Below are positions 40,463 to 49,130 of a stretch of DNA of 64,000 nt, in pieces. Source of the DNA: Waterburya sp. (GTDB lineage Bacteria; Cyanobacteriota; Cyanobacteriia; Cyanobacteriales; Xenococcaceae); NCBI GenBank assembly GCA_965217895.1, contig CBDCJV010000002.1, forward strand, positions 1,440,001 through 1,504,000. Direction: 5' to 3'. The translations under genes and the position numbers were made by a program. Position 1 is the first letter of the stretch. The number at the start of each line of letters is the position of its first letter. The notes below the pieces were generated by a model that saw nothing but the letters and a program-made list of their open reading frames with translations, did not search any database and was not told the DNA's origin.

Positions 40463-41134
40463 TTGATGTCTGACAAAGGAACTGTAGTTTTTGATGTAAT
40501 TGGCACCTGTTTTTCTCTAGAAAAACCCCGACAGCATTTAATTGAACTGGGTGCGCCAAATTATACTTTAGAACTTTGGTTTGCCCAATCATTAAGAGAT
40601 GCTTTTGGGCTTTCCCATGCAGGTGGATATCAACCGCTTAAAGAAATTTTGCAATCGGAATTACCACGAACTTTAAAATTATTAAAAATCGATTTAAACT
40701 CAAGGCAATTATCTGAGATCATGGCAACTTTCAGCGAATTAGAACTACAGCCATTTGCCATTGAAGCATTTGAAACTTTGACCCAGGCGGACTGGAAAAT
40801 AGTGGCTTTGACAAACGGTAGTGAAAAATCTACTCGTAACTTATTAGAACGTGCGGGGGTACAACAGTATTTTACTGAAGTTTATTCCTGTGATGCGATC
40901 GCCGTTACCAAACCTCATCCAGATGTCTATAAGATGGTTCAAAATGATTTAGAAAAAGATGTCTGGCTAGTTGCTGCTCACGCTTGGGATATTGTTGGAG
41001 CTACAAGTGTTGGCATGAAAACTGCTTTTGTCAGCCAGTTAGAAAAAGATTATTTAAAAGCATATTCTCAACCACAAATCACGGTTGAAAACTTATTAGA
41101 AGCTGGTCTTCAGATTATCAATTTTTATACTTAA
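40463..41134 (+). CDS. HAD-family haloacid dehalogenase type II-like
   Basis: VFDVIGT, LTNG, KPHPDVY, AAHAWDI. Confidence 0.85.
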   Translation: MMSDKGTVVFDVIGTCFSLEKPRQHLIELGAPNYTLELWFAQSLRDAFGLSHAGGYQPLKEILQSELPRTLKLLKIDLNSRQLSEIMATFSELELQPFAIEAFETLTQADWKIVALTNGSEKSTRNLLERAGVQQYFTEVYSCDAIAVTKPHPDVYKMVQNDLEKDVWLVAAHAWDIVGATSVGMKTAFVSQLEKDYLKAYSQPQITVENLLEAGLQIINFYT

Positions 41135-41247
41135 CAATTAAAGTAAATCTCTAATTCGTTATTAATCAACATTAATCTTCTTAACCTGACTCAGTTTACT
41201 TGGTAAGCTAAATAATAACCATATAAAAAGCGATCGCATTAAAGCAA

Positions 41248-41439
41248 ATGATGATATTACCTGGAGCAACTGTGACAATTACTAATTCTGATGACACCTA
41301 CTATAAATTTCAAGGCTTAGTACAGCGTATAGATGATGGTAGAGTTGCGGTATTGTTTGAAGGAGGCAACTGGGATAAGCTAGTAACCTTTAACTTATCT
41401 GAGCTTGAAGCCGTAGATTTAACCAAGAAGAAAAAATAA
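41248..41439 (+). CDS. ndhS: NDH-1 subunit S
   Basis: ILPGATV...[28 protein letters not shown]. Confidence 0.95.
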   Translation: MMILPGATVTITNSDDTYYKFQGLVQRIDDGRVAVLFEGGNWDKLVTFNLSELEAVDLTKKKK

Positions 41440-41528
41440 CGTTATTATATCGGGGATAAACGCTCATGAGGATGAAAAAGCTATTTATTTGCCTCATCCC
41501 TCGTCCTTTATCCCTTACCCCTTAAAAA

Positions 41529-42194
41529 ATGCGACTTCCTCTACCTCAATTTACGGTTGACGATCGCAACCCCAAACATATTGGGGAGGTGATTGAAACC
41601 TCTACAACCGAATATTTAGCTCAGTGTCTTGAACCTGAAGATTTAAAATTTCCTGTAATGCCTCCTTTTGGTAGCTGGATTAAATCTTTTGATGAAGAGT
41701 CTGGTAACAAAATTCTGTCCGTGGTTACTTATGTCACCACCAGTCCCATTGATTCTGTTCATCGTGCTAGAGCATTAGGTCTATCTTTAGAAGAGTTGCG
41801 AGAACAACAGCCTCAAATATTTGCCATGCTCAAAACCGAGTTTAAAGCAGCAATTGTCGGTTTTGAAACACCCGCAAACGTTAATGGTAGTAAAGCGAAA
41901 TTAGGTCAAGTATATCAATATTTACCTCCTCGCCCACCTCAAATTCATCAATCTGTTTATCAGTGTGATGCAGAAGAAATAATTCACTTCACTGAAAAAC
42001 TAGACTTCCTCAGAACTCTTTTACAGGCTAAAGATATACCCGTAGAATCTTTAGTTGCAGCATCTGTACGAGATATTTATCGCCAGCGAAAAGCAAATCG
42101 CGATTGGTTGGTTAATGTCGGTCGTACTCTTAGCACGCTTTTAAAAGATGATTACGATCGTCTACGCTATATTTTGAGTCAGATTCATTGGTAA
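41529..42194 (+). CDS. HAS-barrel domain protein (conserved in cyanobacteria)
   Basis: GEVIETSTTEYLAQC, PPFGSW, QYLPPRPPQIHQ, LLKDDYDRL. Confidence 0.75.
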   Translation: MRLPLPQFTVDDRNPKHIGEVIETSTTEYLAQCLEPEDLKFPVMPPFGSWIKSFDEESGNKILSVVTYVTTSPIDSVHRARALGLSLEELREQQPQIFAMLKTEFKAAIVGFETPANVNGSKAKLGQVYQYLPPRPPQIHQSVYQCDAEEIIHFTEKLDFLRTLLQAKDIPVESLVAASVRDIYRQRKANRDWLVNVGRTLSTLLKDDYDRLRYILSQIHW

Positions 42195-42276
42195 GCATAA
42201 ATCATTGGCGTTGCTGAATTGTTGCGAGTCAAAAATCAAAGTGTAATCAAGTTCTGGTCGCTTAAAGTAAGGCGAG

Positions 42277-42350
42277 GGCGGACGATGGGACTTGAACCCA
42301 CGAATGGTGGAATCACAATCCACTGCCTTAACCACTTGGCTACGCCCGCC
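42277..42350 (-). tRNA. trnH: tRNA-His (GTG), including G-1; CCA not encoded
   Basis: Minus strand ggcgggcgtagccaagtggttaaggcagtggattgtgattccaccattcgtgggttcaagtcccatcgtccgcc; anticodon loop TTGTGAT, C discriminator. Confidence 0.97.
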
Positions 42351-42450
42351 ATTCATACAGTTATTTATTATATCATCACCAATCAACATTTAAATACCAT
42401 GGTTTAAAATTGGAGGGTTTAAAATTAGAGAAAAATCACGTTTAAATTAC

Positions 42451-42828
42451 ATGACAAGCTCTAGAATTAGTGGTGTTGCGGGAATTATTATCATCGGCTT
42501 GGGTGCGATCGCTTTTATAACTAACCCAGGAGAGAAAGGATATCAGAAATATGCCGAAGCTACATTTCAAACACGTTTTAAAGACAAAATTTGCGCTCAG
42601 GTGATGGAAGATTGGGGAGTATGGCTAGAAGGTCAATGTCATATTGTAGTTAATACCGCTAGTCCCTATTTAACTCAAATTGTAAGTCAACAGACAAAAC
42701 GTCAAAATTTTTTACTTTTTAGTATTTATCAAGCAGATTTACCTTTACCTTCTCCTTTGCCTTCTTATCATCTTGAAACTATTGGAATCTTGGGTAATTT
42801 TTATACTTATCAAGCTGAAAAACTATAG
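42451..42828 (+). CDS. DUF4359-like protein
   Basis: N-terminal TM followed by TNP; TKRQNFLLFSIY; ETIGILGNF. Confidence 0.75.
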   Translation: MTSSRISGVAGIIIIGLGAIAFITNPGEKGYQKYAEATFQTRFKDKICAQVMEDWGVWLEGQCHIVVNTASPYLTQIVSQQTKRQNFLLFSIYQADLPLPSPLPSYHLETIGILGNFYTYQAEKL

Positions 42829-42896
42829 CTGTTAATTGTCTTTTCAAAAAATTAACTTAAACTATTAAATAAAGATCGAAATCTAAAATTTAATTT

Positions 42897-43280
42897 ATGA
42901 TGAGCGACACAAACTCTAATAGCGACAATAAGGAAACTTTACCTCCAGCAGACCATGAAACTCGCACTCCTCCTTATGGTTCAGTTCAGCCTTTAGATGC
43001 AGGGGAAAGGTATTGCATTAATCGCATTGAAATTAAACCTGGAGAACACATGAGTACCCAAATGCACTATCATCGAAGTGAGCATTGGATTGTAGTTTCA
43101 GGTACGGCTAAAGTGATTTGTAATGGCAAAGAAACTTTAGTAATGCAGAATCAATCTACCTATGTACCGATGAACACTGCCCATCGAGTCGAAAACCCTG
43201 GAGTAATTCCTTTAGTAATGATTGAAGTGCAAAACGGCGAATACTTAGGCGATGATGATATTATTCGTTTCGATGATTAA
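42897..43280 (+). CDS. Cupin, mannose-6-phosphate isomerase type II C-terminal domain
   Basis: QMHYHRSEHWIVVSG, HRVENPG, IEVQNGEYLGDDDIIRF. Confidence 0.9.
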   Translation: MMSDTNSNSDNKETLPPADHETRTPPYGSVQPLDAGERYCINRIEIKPGEHMSTQMHYHRSEHWIVVSGTAKVICNGKETLVMQNQSTYVPMNTAHRVENPGVIPLVMIEVQNGEYLGDDDIIRFDD

Positions 43281-43387
43281 CTTTGCTATTAAATTATAGA
43301 TATTGCTATAAATAATAGTTAATAATTACTATGGCTTTATATTATAATCAAGCCAATTAAGCTAAATTTTCAGCCAACAGATTAACA

Positions 43388-43681
43388 TTATAAATAGCTA
43401 GAAACGGAGCGTAATTGACTGGGAATAGGTGTAGCTTCAGGAAATTCTAAACAAGTTTCTTTTTCCCCTAAATATCCAGATTCGGTGAAAGAAATCAACA
43501 TTCTGGCAAGAGCCACCCAAACCTCTGCATCGTATTCCCAATCTTTGTTTCTAGACGTAAAGCAGGCAATAGATTTTAACGCCCAAAAGTAGCTATTGCG
43601 TACCACCGAGCCACCTTTTTTGTAGGGTGGCAAATCTTGGTGGGCAATAAATAATATATCGTTTTCTAATCTCACCTGCAC
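43388..43681 (-). CDS. Conserved hypothetical protein
   Basis: 97-aa ORF filling the gap, with plausible composition (KKGGSVVRNSYFWAL). Confidence 0.6.
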   Translation of the reverse strand: MQVRLENDILFIAHQDLPPYKKGGSVVRNSYFWALKSIACFTSRNKDWEYDAEVWVALARMLISFTESGYLGEKETCLEFPEATPIPSQLRSVSSYL

Positions 43682-43814
43682 TGATTACAATCCTTTGATT
43701 ATGAGTGTTTAATGATTTACGTAGCTGATTAACTCAAATTTTGCGCCTCAAACGTATGTAGCTAAGAGCTAAAATCAGTAAATCTGAAAGAAACTGATTC
43801 ATATTAAACGTAAT

Positions 43815-45140
43815 TTATAGTTGCCATTGGAAAAAATCAACTGTATTGCCAATAATACGGTGTTTAATTAGCGATCGCTTTTGCCAATGTTCAAGAGTTA
43901 TACGTTTGCTTTGGGCAAAGCCTTTTTCAAAAGTGTCTTTAATGCCTTGTACTAATTCAGGTTGCGCGCTACAAATATCTAGTTCTTCATTATGGCAAAA
44001 ACTGCGGGGGTCAAAATTGGCACTACCCGTAGTTGCCCAAACATCATCAATCAAAAGTAACTTAGCATGAGTCATACTAGGTTGAAATTCATAGATTTCT
44101 ACACCGCCTCGCAACAAATCGCCATAGTGTTCAAATGAAGCATAGTAAACAGGTTTTTTATCACTACGGCTACTGGTGGTAAGAATACGAACATCTACCC
44201 CATCTTGCTTGGCTGCAACTAATAAATCTATAGAGTTTTCATCGGGAAGAAAATAAGGGCTAGCCAACCAAATTCTTTTTCTAGCGCAGATAATACTATT
44301 GTATTTAAAAGACTGAATTGGTGAGAAACGGATTCGAGGATTTGCTCCTGGGACAACTAACATGAGGTTAGAATCTTTTTCGCCTGTATCTTTTTCCCTG
44401 CCATTAGTAAAATTAGGAAATTTATTCCTACCTAAATCGGCTGTGCCATCATCAAACGTCCAGTGTTGAGAAAACACTCCTGCTAAAATACTAATTATTT
44501 CTCCTTCGATACGCATCTCCACATCTAACCATGGTTGAGTATCATCTTTTTTTTCGATACCGTCCCAAAGATCGGAAATTCCTGCTCCACCTACCAAGCC
44601 AAATTGGCTATCAATTAACAACAGTTTGCGGTGAGTACGCCCAGCATAATCTAGGGGGGCTTTCCAATTGGGAGGATTAAAAAAAGAGACTTTTACTCCA
44701 GCACCCCGTAAACGTCGCCAATAATTGTCTGATATGTCTTTTGTTCCATAATGATCGACAACCAGACGAATTTCAACCCCCGCAGAAGCTCTTTCTGCAA
44801 GGGCAACGGCAAAATTATCTGCCCGTTTTCCTGGAGTCATAAAGAAAGTTTCAAAGTCGATTGTATGCTGTGCCTTCGAGATTGCATCTATACGAGCTTG
44901 TTGAATCTGATCTGGCTCATTCCAGAAATCTGTAATAACACCATCGGTCATAAAAGAATTGGTAATACTGGCAAGAGTAAAAGGAAATTGTGGCTCTTCG
45001 GGACGGGGTGCGTGTTTTACTTTATACTTAATGCGATCGCGAAATGCTCCTCGCAGATAAAAACCAATGAAAACAATTAGGCTGAGGATTAAAAAAGCAA
45101 TAAACAGCCACCAGAGAATAGATTCAATCGTTGCCCACAT
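43815..45140 (-). CDS. Cardiolipin synthase / phospholipase D family
   Basis: Two HKD motifs: HRKLLLID and HAKLLLIDD...GSANFD. Confidence 0.9.
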   Translation of the reverse strand: MWATIESILWWLFIAFLILSLIVFIGFYLRGAFRDRIKYKVKHAPRPEEPQFPFTLASITNSFMTDGVITDFWNEPDQIQQARIDAISKAQHTIDFETFFMTPGKRADNFAVALAERASAGVEIRLVVDHYGTKDISDNYWRRLRGAGVKVSFFNPPNWKAPLDYAGRTHRKLLLIDSQFGLVGGAGISDLWDGIEKKDDTQPWLDVEMRIEGEIISILAGVFSQHWTFDDGTADLGRNKFPNFTNGREKDTGEKDSNLMLVVPGANPRIRFSPIQSFKYNSIICARKRIWLASPYFLPDENSIDLLVAAKQDGVDVRILTTSSRSDKKPVYYASFEHYGDLLRGGVEIYEFQPSMTHAKLLLIDDVWATTGSANFDPRSFCHNEELDICSAQPELVQGIKDTFEKGFAQSKRITLEHWQKRSLIKHRIIGNTVDFFQWQL

Positions 45141-45376
45141 AAGAAATTCGCTTAAATTTGTTGAAAAATTACACGGGTCAAATCTTGTTATTTAACCAGA
45201 TACTTATGTGCATTAGATATGAATTAGTCTTTTTGACACATCTAGCTAGAGTAATACATTGAGTATTCTTTTTAGCAATTGGGAGCTTGGCGATCGCGCG
45301 CGCTACTGCGTACCCTACGGATCGCTTTTAATACGGAACAAAACCTCTAACAAAGCAATTACCTTTGTTTAATTGG

Positions 45377-45508
45377 AGGCGTTGCTGAATGGGTAATGCT
45401 AAATCTGTATTTCGCTTATCAATTGAAAACAGACAACTTTTAAAAGCTAATAGCTAAAAGCTACGAACAGTCTTATGTTGTAAGTCATTACTTAAATCAC
45501 CAACGCCT
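45377..45508. mobile_element. MITE with GGCGTTG inverted ends and GCTAATA-type heptamers
   Basis: aggcgttgctga...tcaccaacgcct; interior shared with 53238-53359. Confidence 0.65.
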
Positions 45509-46588
45509 AATTGGATAATTCTCTTCTATCTTGGTTTCTCCATCCACCACAGAATCTATTAGCTGTGGAGTCAGAAAGTTATGAGGAAAGGGAAAATCAA
45601 AGCTACTGGCTTGATTAAGACGTTCGATTTGTTCTGAGGCTAGGGTAAAGTCTACAGCCTGTAAATTATCTTCTACATGAGATAGCTTGCGTGCGCCGAC
45701 GATGGGAATAGTTCCTCCAGGCTGTTGCAGTAGCCAATTAAGAGAAACTTGAGAAGGCGATCGCCCGATTTCTTCTGCTATTTCTTTAACCTTATTGCCG
45801 ATCTCAATGCTACGTTCGTTTAGCTGTCCCATTGATTGCGACATGGATTTACGTCCCGAACTTTCGCCATCATTATCACTATCTTCTTTCAAGTCTGACA
45901 TACTGTATTTACCTGCCAAAACTCCACCCGCTAAAGGCGACCATGCTAGGGGAGTAATATTATGATGCTCTGCCATGGGAATCATGTCGGCTTCGGAAGT
46001 ACGCTCGACAAGATTGTACTGGATTTGGATTGCCGAGATAGGAGTCCAACCGCGCAAACGAGCGATCGCCTGTCCTTCGGAGACAATCCAGGATGGTGTA
46101 TCACTCAGTCCGATATGTAGAATTTTTCCCTGACGTACTAAGTCATCTAAAGCTCGTAGCACTTCTTCGATGGAGTTGCGATAGTCCCAAGCGTGTAGCC
46201 AGTAGAGGTCAATATAGTCTGTTTTCAAACGTTTTAAACTATCCTCGACTGCGGTAATCATACTGCGACGATGATTGCCTCCTGCATTGGGATTTTTGGG
46301 GTCGGTATTGAGAGTATATTTGGTTGCCAGTACAAAGCGATCGCGTTTTCCTTCTAGCAATTTACCTAGATATTCTTCACTCGAACCGTTGGTATACACG
46401 TTGGCACTATCAATAAAATTGCCACCGCGATCGGCATAGGTATCGAATATTTGCTGGCTGGTTTCAAAATCTGCACCCCAACCCCATTCTTCACCAAAGG
46501 TCATTGTGCCAAGACACAAGGGAGATACGCGCAGTCCTGAATTGCCAAGTAAGCGGTAGTTATCTAAAGATGTTAGTGGTTGGTTCAT
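45497..46588 (-). CDS. Aldo/keto reductase
   Basis: LGNSGLRVSPLCLGTMTFG, DSANVY, ATK, DLYWLH, WSPLAGG. Confidence 0.93.
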   Translation of the reverse strand: MNQPLTSLDNYRLLGNSGLRVSPLCLGTMTFGEEWGWGADFETSQQIFDTYADRGGNFIDSANVYTNGSSEEYLGKLLEGKRDRFVLATKYTLNTDPKNPNAGGNHRRSMITAVEDSLKRLKTDYIDLYWLHAWDYRNSIEEVLRALDDLVRQGKILHIGLSDTPSWIVSEGQAIARLRGWTPISAIQIQYNLVERTSEADMIPMAEHHNITPLAWSPLAGGVLAGKYSMSDLKEDSDNDGESSGRKSMSQSMGQLNERSIEIGNKVKEIAEEIGRSPSQVSLNWLLQQPGGTIPIVGARKLSHVEDNLQAVDFTLASEQIERLNQASSFDFPFPHNFLTPQLIDSVVDGETKIEENYPIRRW

Positions 46589-46616
46589 GATCTTTTTATT
46601 GTTTATTGTGTTTAAC

Positions 46617-46644
46617 GTAAGGGCGATTCGCGAATCGCCCTTAC
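46617..46644. repeat. Perfect 28-bp palindrome, REP-like
   Basis: gtaagggcgattcgcgaatcgcccttac. Confidence 0.8.
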
Positions 46645-46733
46645 AAGATTAGTTATCTGTGTTAGTCGATAGCCAGAAATTAAATTTGTTACCGTATCTT
46701 AGTAAACGAAATAATCCAAAGGAAGATAGCTGT

Positions 46734-46937
46734 ATGCCTTATGTAAATTTGCAAATAACGACAGGTGCGAGCAAAGAACAGAAAGCGCAGATAGTTAAAG
46801 ACATAACTAAATCTTTGATGGATGTTTTGGGTAAGAAATCAGAGCATATTCATATAGTTATTCAGGAGATAGAAGAAGAAAACTGGGGTTATGCGGGATT
46901 GTTGACCGATGAGTGGAAGAAACAGCAGGGAAGTTAA
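46734..46937 (+). CDS. 4-oxalocrotonate tautomerase family protein (start ATG 46734)
   Basis: MPYVNLQIT...EQKAQIVKDIT...IHIVIQEIEEENWGYAG; catalytic Pro-1. Confidence 0.88.
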   Translation: MPYVNLQITTGASKEQKAQIVKDITKSLMDVLGKKSEHIHIVIQEIEEENWGYAGLLTDEWKKQQGS

Positions 46938-46957
46938 TTTGCGATCAAACATTTAAT

Positions 46958-47761
46958 TTAATTAATGCAGGTTGTACTTCCGCCATCTATCCGATAATCT
47001 GCACCATTGATATAACCAGAAAGCGGGCTAGCTAGAAATGCCACTATATTAGCTACATCTTCAGGTTTACCTAAGTGTCCGACAGTATTAGGCAGAAATT
47101 CTTTAATAATTTGTTGTTCTATTTCGTTCCAGTCAGAACCCCATCCCTGTTTTTCTGCTGTTTTACGAAAAAATTCTTGAACTGTTTCAGTGACAACTAT
47201 ACCAGGACTTACTGTATTGACAGTAATTCCTGTGTTAGCTAATTCTTGAGAAAGACTTACTGTAAGATTCACCTGTGCTGCTTTGGTCGCTGCATAATCT
47301 GGCATTGCTGCAAAGGGTTGAGTTGCTTCACCACTGGCTATTTGAATAATTCTTCCCCAAGCAGTTTCTTTCATTTGAGGGACGAGATGACGAACTAGCC
47401 TAACTACAGAAAGAACGTTGATGTTATAAAGTTCTGCCCAGTTATCTGCTGTTGCATCCATCCAACCACGATTTTTATAAGCCCCTGCGTTGTTGATCAA
47501 GATATCAATACCGCCGAGGGATTCTTGGGCTTGCTTGGCAACATAAGCCGCACCTTCATCAGTACTGAGATCGCCGACAAAACCAAATACTTTACCGCCG
47601 TCTTGTTCGATTTCTTCAGTAACACGAACAACTTTATCCTTCTCCAGACCATGCACTACAACGGCTGCACCTTCTTCGGCTAAGGTTTTGGCGATCGCTT
47701 TACCAATTCCCACATTACTACCTGTGACTAAAGCTTTTTTTCCTTCTAAATTTAATTTCAT
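46958..47761 (-). CDS. SDR oxidoreductase
   Basis: TGSNVGIG, NNAG, YAATK, NTVSPG, RIDGG. Confidence 0.9.
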   Translation of the reverse strand: MKLNLEGKKALVTGSNVGIGKAIAKTLAEEGAAVVVHGLEKDKVVRVTEEIEQDGGKVFGFVGDLSTDEGAAYVAKQAQESLGGIDILINNAGAYKNRGWMDATADNWAELYNINVLSVVRLVRHLVPQMKETAWGRIIQIASGEATQPFAAMPDYAATKAAQVNLTVSLSQELANTGITVNTVSPGIVVTETVQEFFRKTAEKQGWGSDWNEIEQQIIKEFLPNTVGHLGKPEDVANIVAFLASPLSGYINGADYRIDGGSTTCIN

Positions 47762-47890
47762 TTTTTAGCTCTCATCTGAATTTATAATTTAATTCTTGAT
47801 CGCTTTCTTTTTAAGAGATAAAATTTTTGATTTCATGTTAATTAATTCAAAAATAATCCTATTAAATCCTCAGCTAGCCTGTATAGGAAA

Positions 47891-48718
47891 TTATTGCTCT
47901 TTTCGATAATTTCCTGGTGTAGTCCCTACCAAACGTTTAAAGTGATAACCAAAATGACTCTGATCGTAAAAACCGATTTCCAAAGCGACTTGAGCAATGG
48001 TTATTCCATCATCAGCTAGAAGCTTTTTAGCGCGATCAATCCGTATTTGCGTCTGATAAGCACTTAAGGATAATCCCATTTCACGACGAAACAAGCGACT
48101 GAGATAAAAACGGCTTAATCCCGATTTTTCTGATAATTTAGCTAAAGCTACGTTTTCTGGATAATGAGCCTGTAAGAAATCACAGATAATAGTAATGGCA
48201 GATTTAACTGTTTGATAATTCTGGGTAGAAAGTTTTGTCTTATAAGCGATTAAACAAGAAAAGAAATTTAAGATTAGAGAATCGATGGCTAACCTGGTTG
48301 CGTTTGTGTTTATGGCAATACATAAATTTTGAAACAGTTTGTTTAAATTGCGATCGCGCAATACTGGTTCGGTAAAGAAAGGAATGCTAGCAGTATTACC
48401 AATTTCTAATGCAGTCTCTTCTAACACACTAGAATCGACGTGCATCATCCAAAAAGTAGCGGGTTTAAATAAATAAGTTCTTTCACTAGGAGAATGAACC
48501 TCGCCAGAATGAATGATGCTAAGATTGCCAACTGGTATGAGATAATAAGCACCTCGGTAAAAATATTCACCCTGACAATTGAAGCTCAGTCCTAGCTGAT
48601 ATTCTTGATGAGAATGTCTGGGTAATGGTTCGACTGTACCTACGGTGTAGCTATATTTTTCTAACAGGATTCCCTCAAGCTGCCATGCTTTTACAGTAAC
48701 GGTTGATGATGTTTTCAT
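47891..48718 (-). CDS. AraC family transcriptional regulator
   Basis: RHSH cupin-type sensor; LSRFYLSRLF; GFYDQSHF...FKRLVGTTPGNY. Confidence 0.93.
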   Translation of the reverse strand: MKTSSTVTVKAWQLEGILLEKYSYTVGTVEPLPRHSHQEYQLGLSFNCQGEYFYRGAYYLIPVGNLSIIHSGEVHSPSERTYLFKPATFWMMHVDSSVLEETALEIGNTASIPFFTEPVLRDRNLNKLFQNLCIAINTNATRLAIDSLILNFFSCLIAYKTKLSTQNYQTVKSAITIICDFLQAHYPENVALAKLSEKSGLSRFYLSRLFRREMGLSLSAYQTQIRIDRAKKLLADDGITIAQVALEIGFYDQSHFGYHFKRLVGTTPGNYRKEQ

Positions 48719-48828
48719 TTTATAGAATAATTCTCATTTGTTATTGTATTGATAGGTTACTTAATCAAGAGCTTTTCTAATTTTCAGATGTCCTCTTAAG
48801 CGATCGCTTTTTGTTTTGGGATAATCTA

Positions 48829-48900
48829 CAAAGCTATCAGATTAAGCAAATTAGAAATCTCATTATTAAATATCGTTTAGGAGATAATGATGTTAATTAA
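48829..48900 (+). pseudogene. C-terminal remnant of a HicA-like toxin
   Basis: QSYQIKQIRNLIIKYRLGDNDVN* overlapping the hicB start; no N-terminus. Confidence 0.6.
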
Positions 48901-49102
48901 ATACGAATTAATCATTTATTGGAGTGAATCCGATGAAGCATTTATTGTAGAAGTTCCAGAATTATCAGGATGTATGGTAGATGGTCAGACTTATATTGAA
49001 GCAGTGACAAATGCAGAGATTGTAATTCAAGAATGGATCGAATCAGCACAAGAATTAGGTCGCAATATTCCTATTCCCAAAGGTCGTTTACTTTATGCTT
49101 AA
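48887..49102 (+). CDS. hicB: HicB family antitoxin (orphan)
   Basis: YELIIYWSESDEAFIVEVPELSGCMVDGQTYIEAV...IPIPKGRLLYA. Confidence 0.9.
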   Translation: MMLIKYELIIYWSESDEAFIVEVPELSGCMVDGQTYIEAVTNAEIVIQEWIESAQELGRNIPIPKGRLLYA

Positions 49103-49130
49103 TTAATCCTTTAAGATATTTTTATCCCCT

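Noticed and set aside
41529..42194. HerA-NurA or defence system implied by the HAS-barrel gene
   Set aside because: No ATPase or nuclease partner in the window; it sits in a housekeeping context beside ndhS
42200..42277. Island integrated at tRNA-His
   Set aside because: No duplicated tRNA 3' end or adjacent integrase seen; the flanking genes are ordinary
42162..42407. Two short ORFs over the tRNA
   Set aside because: Shadow ORFs of tRNA-His
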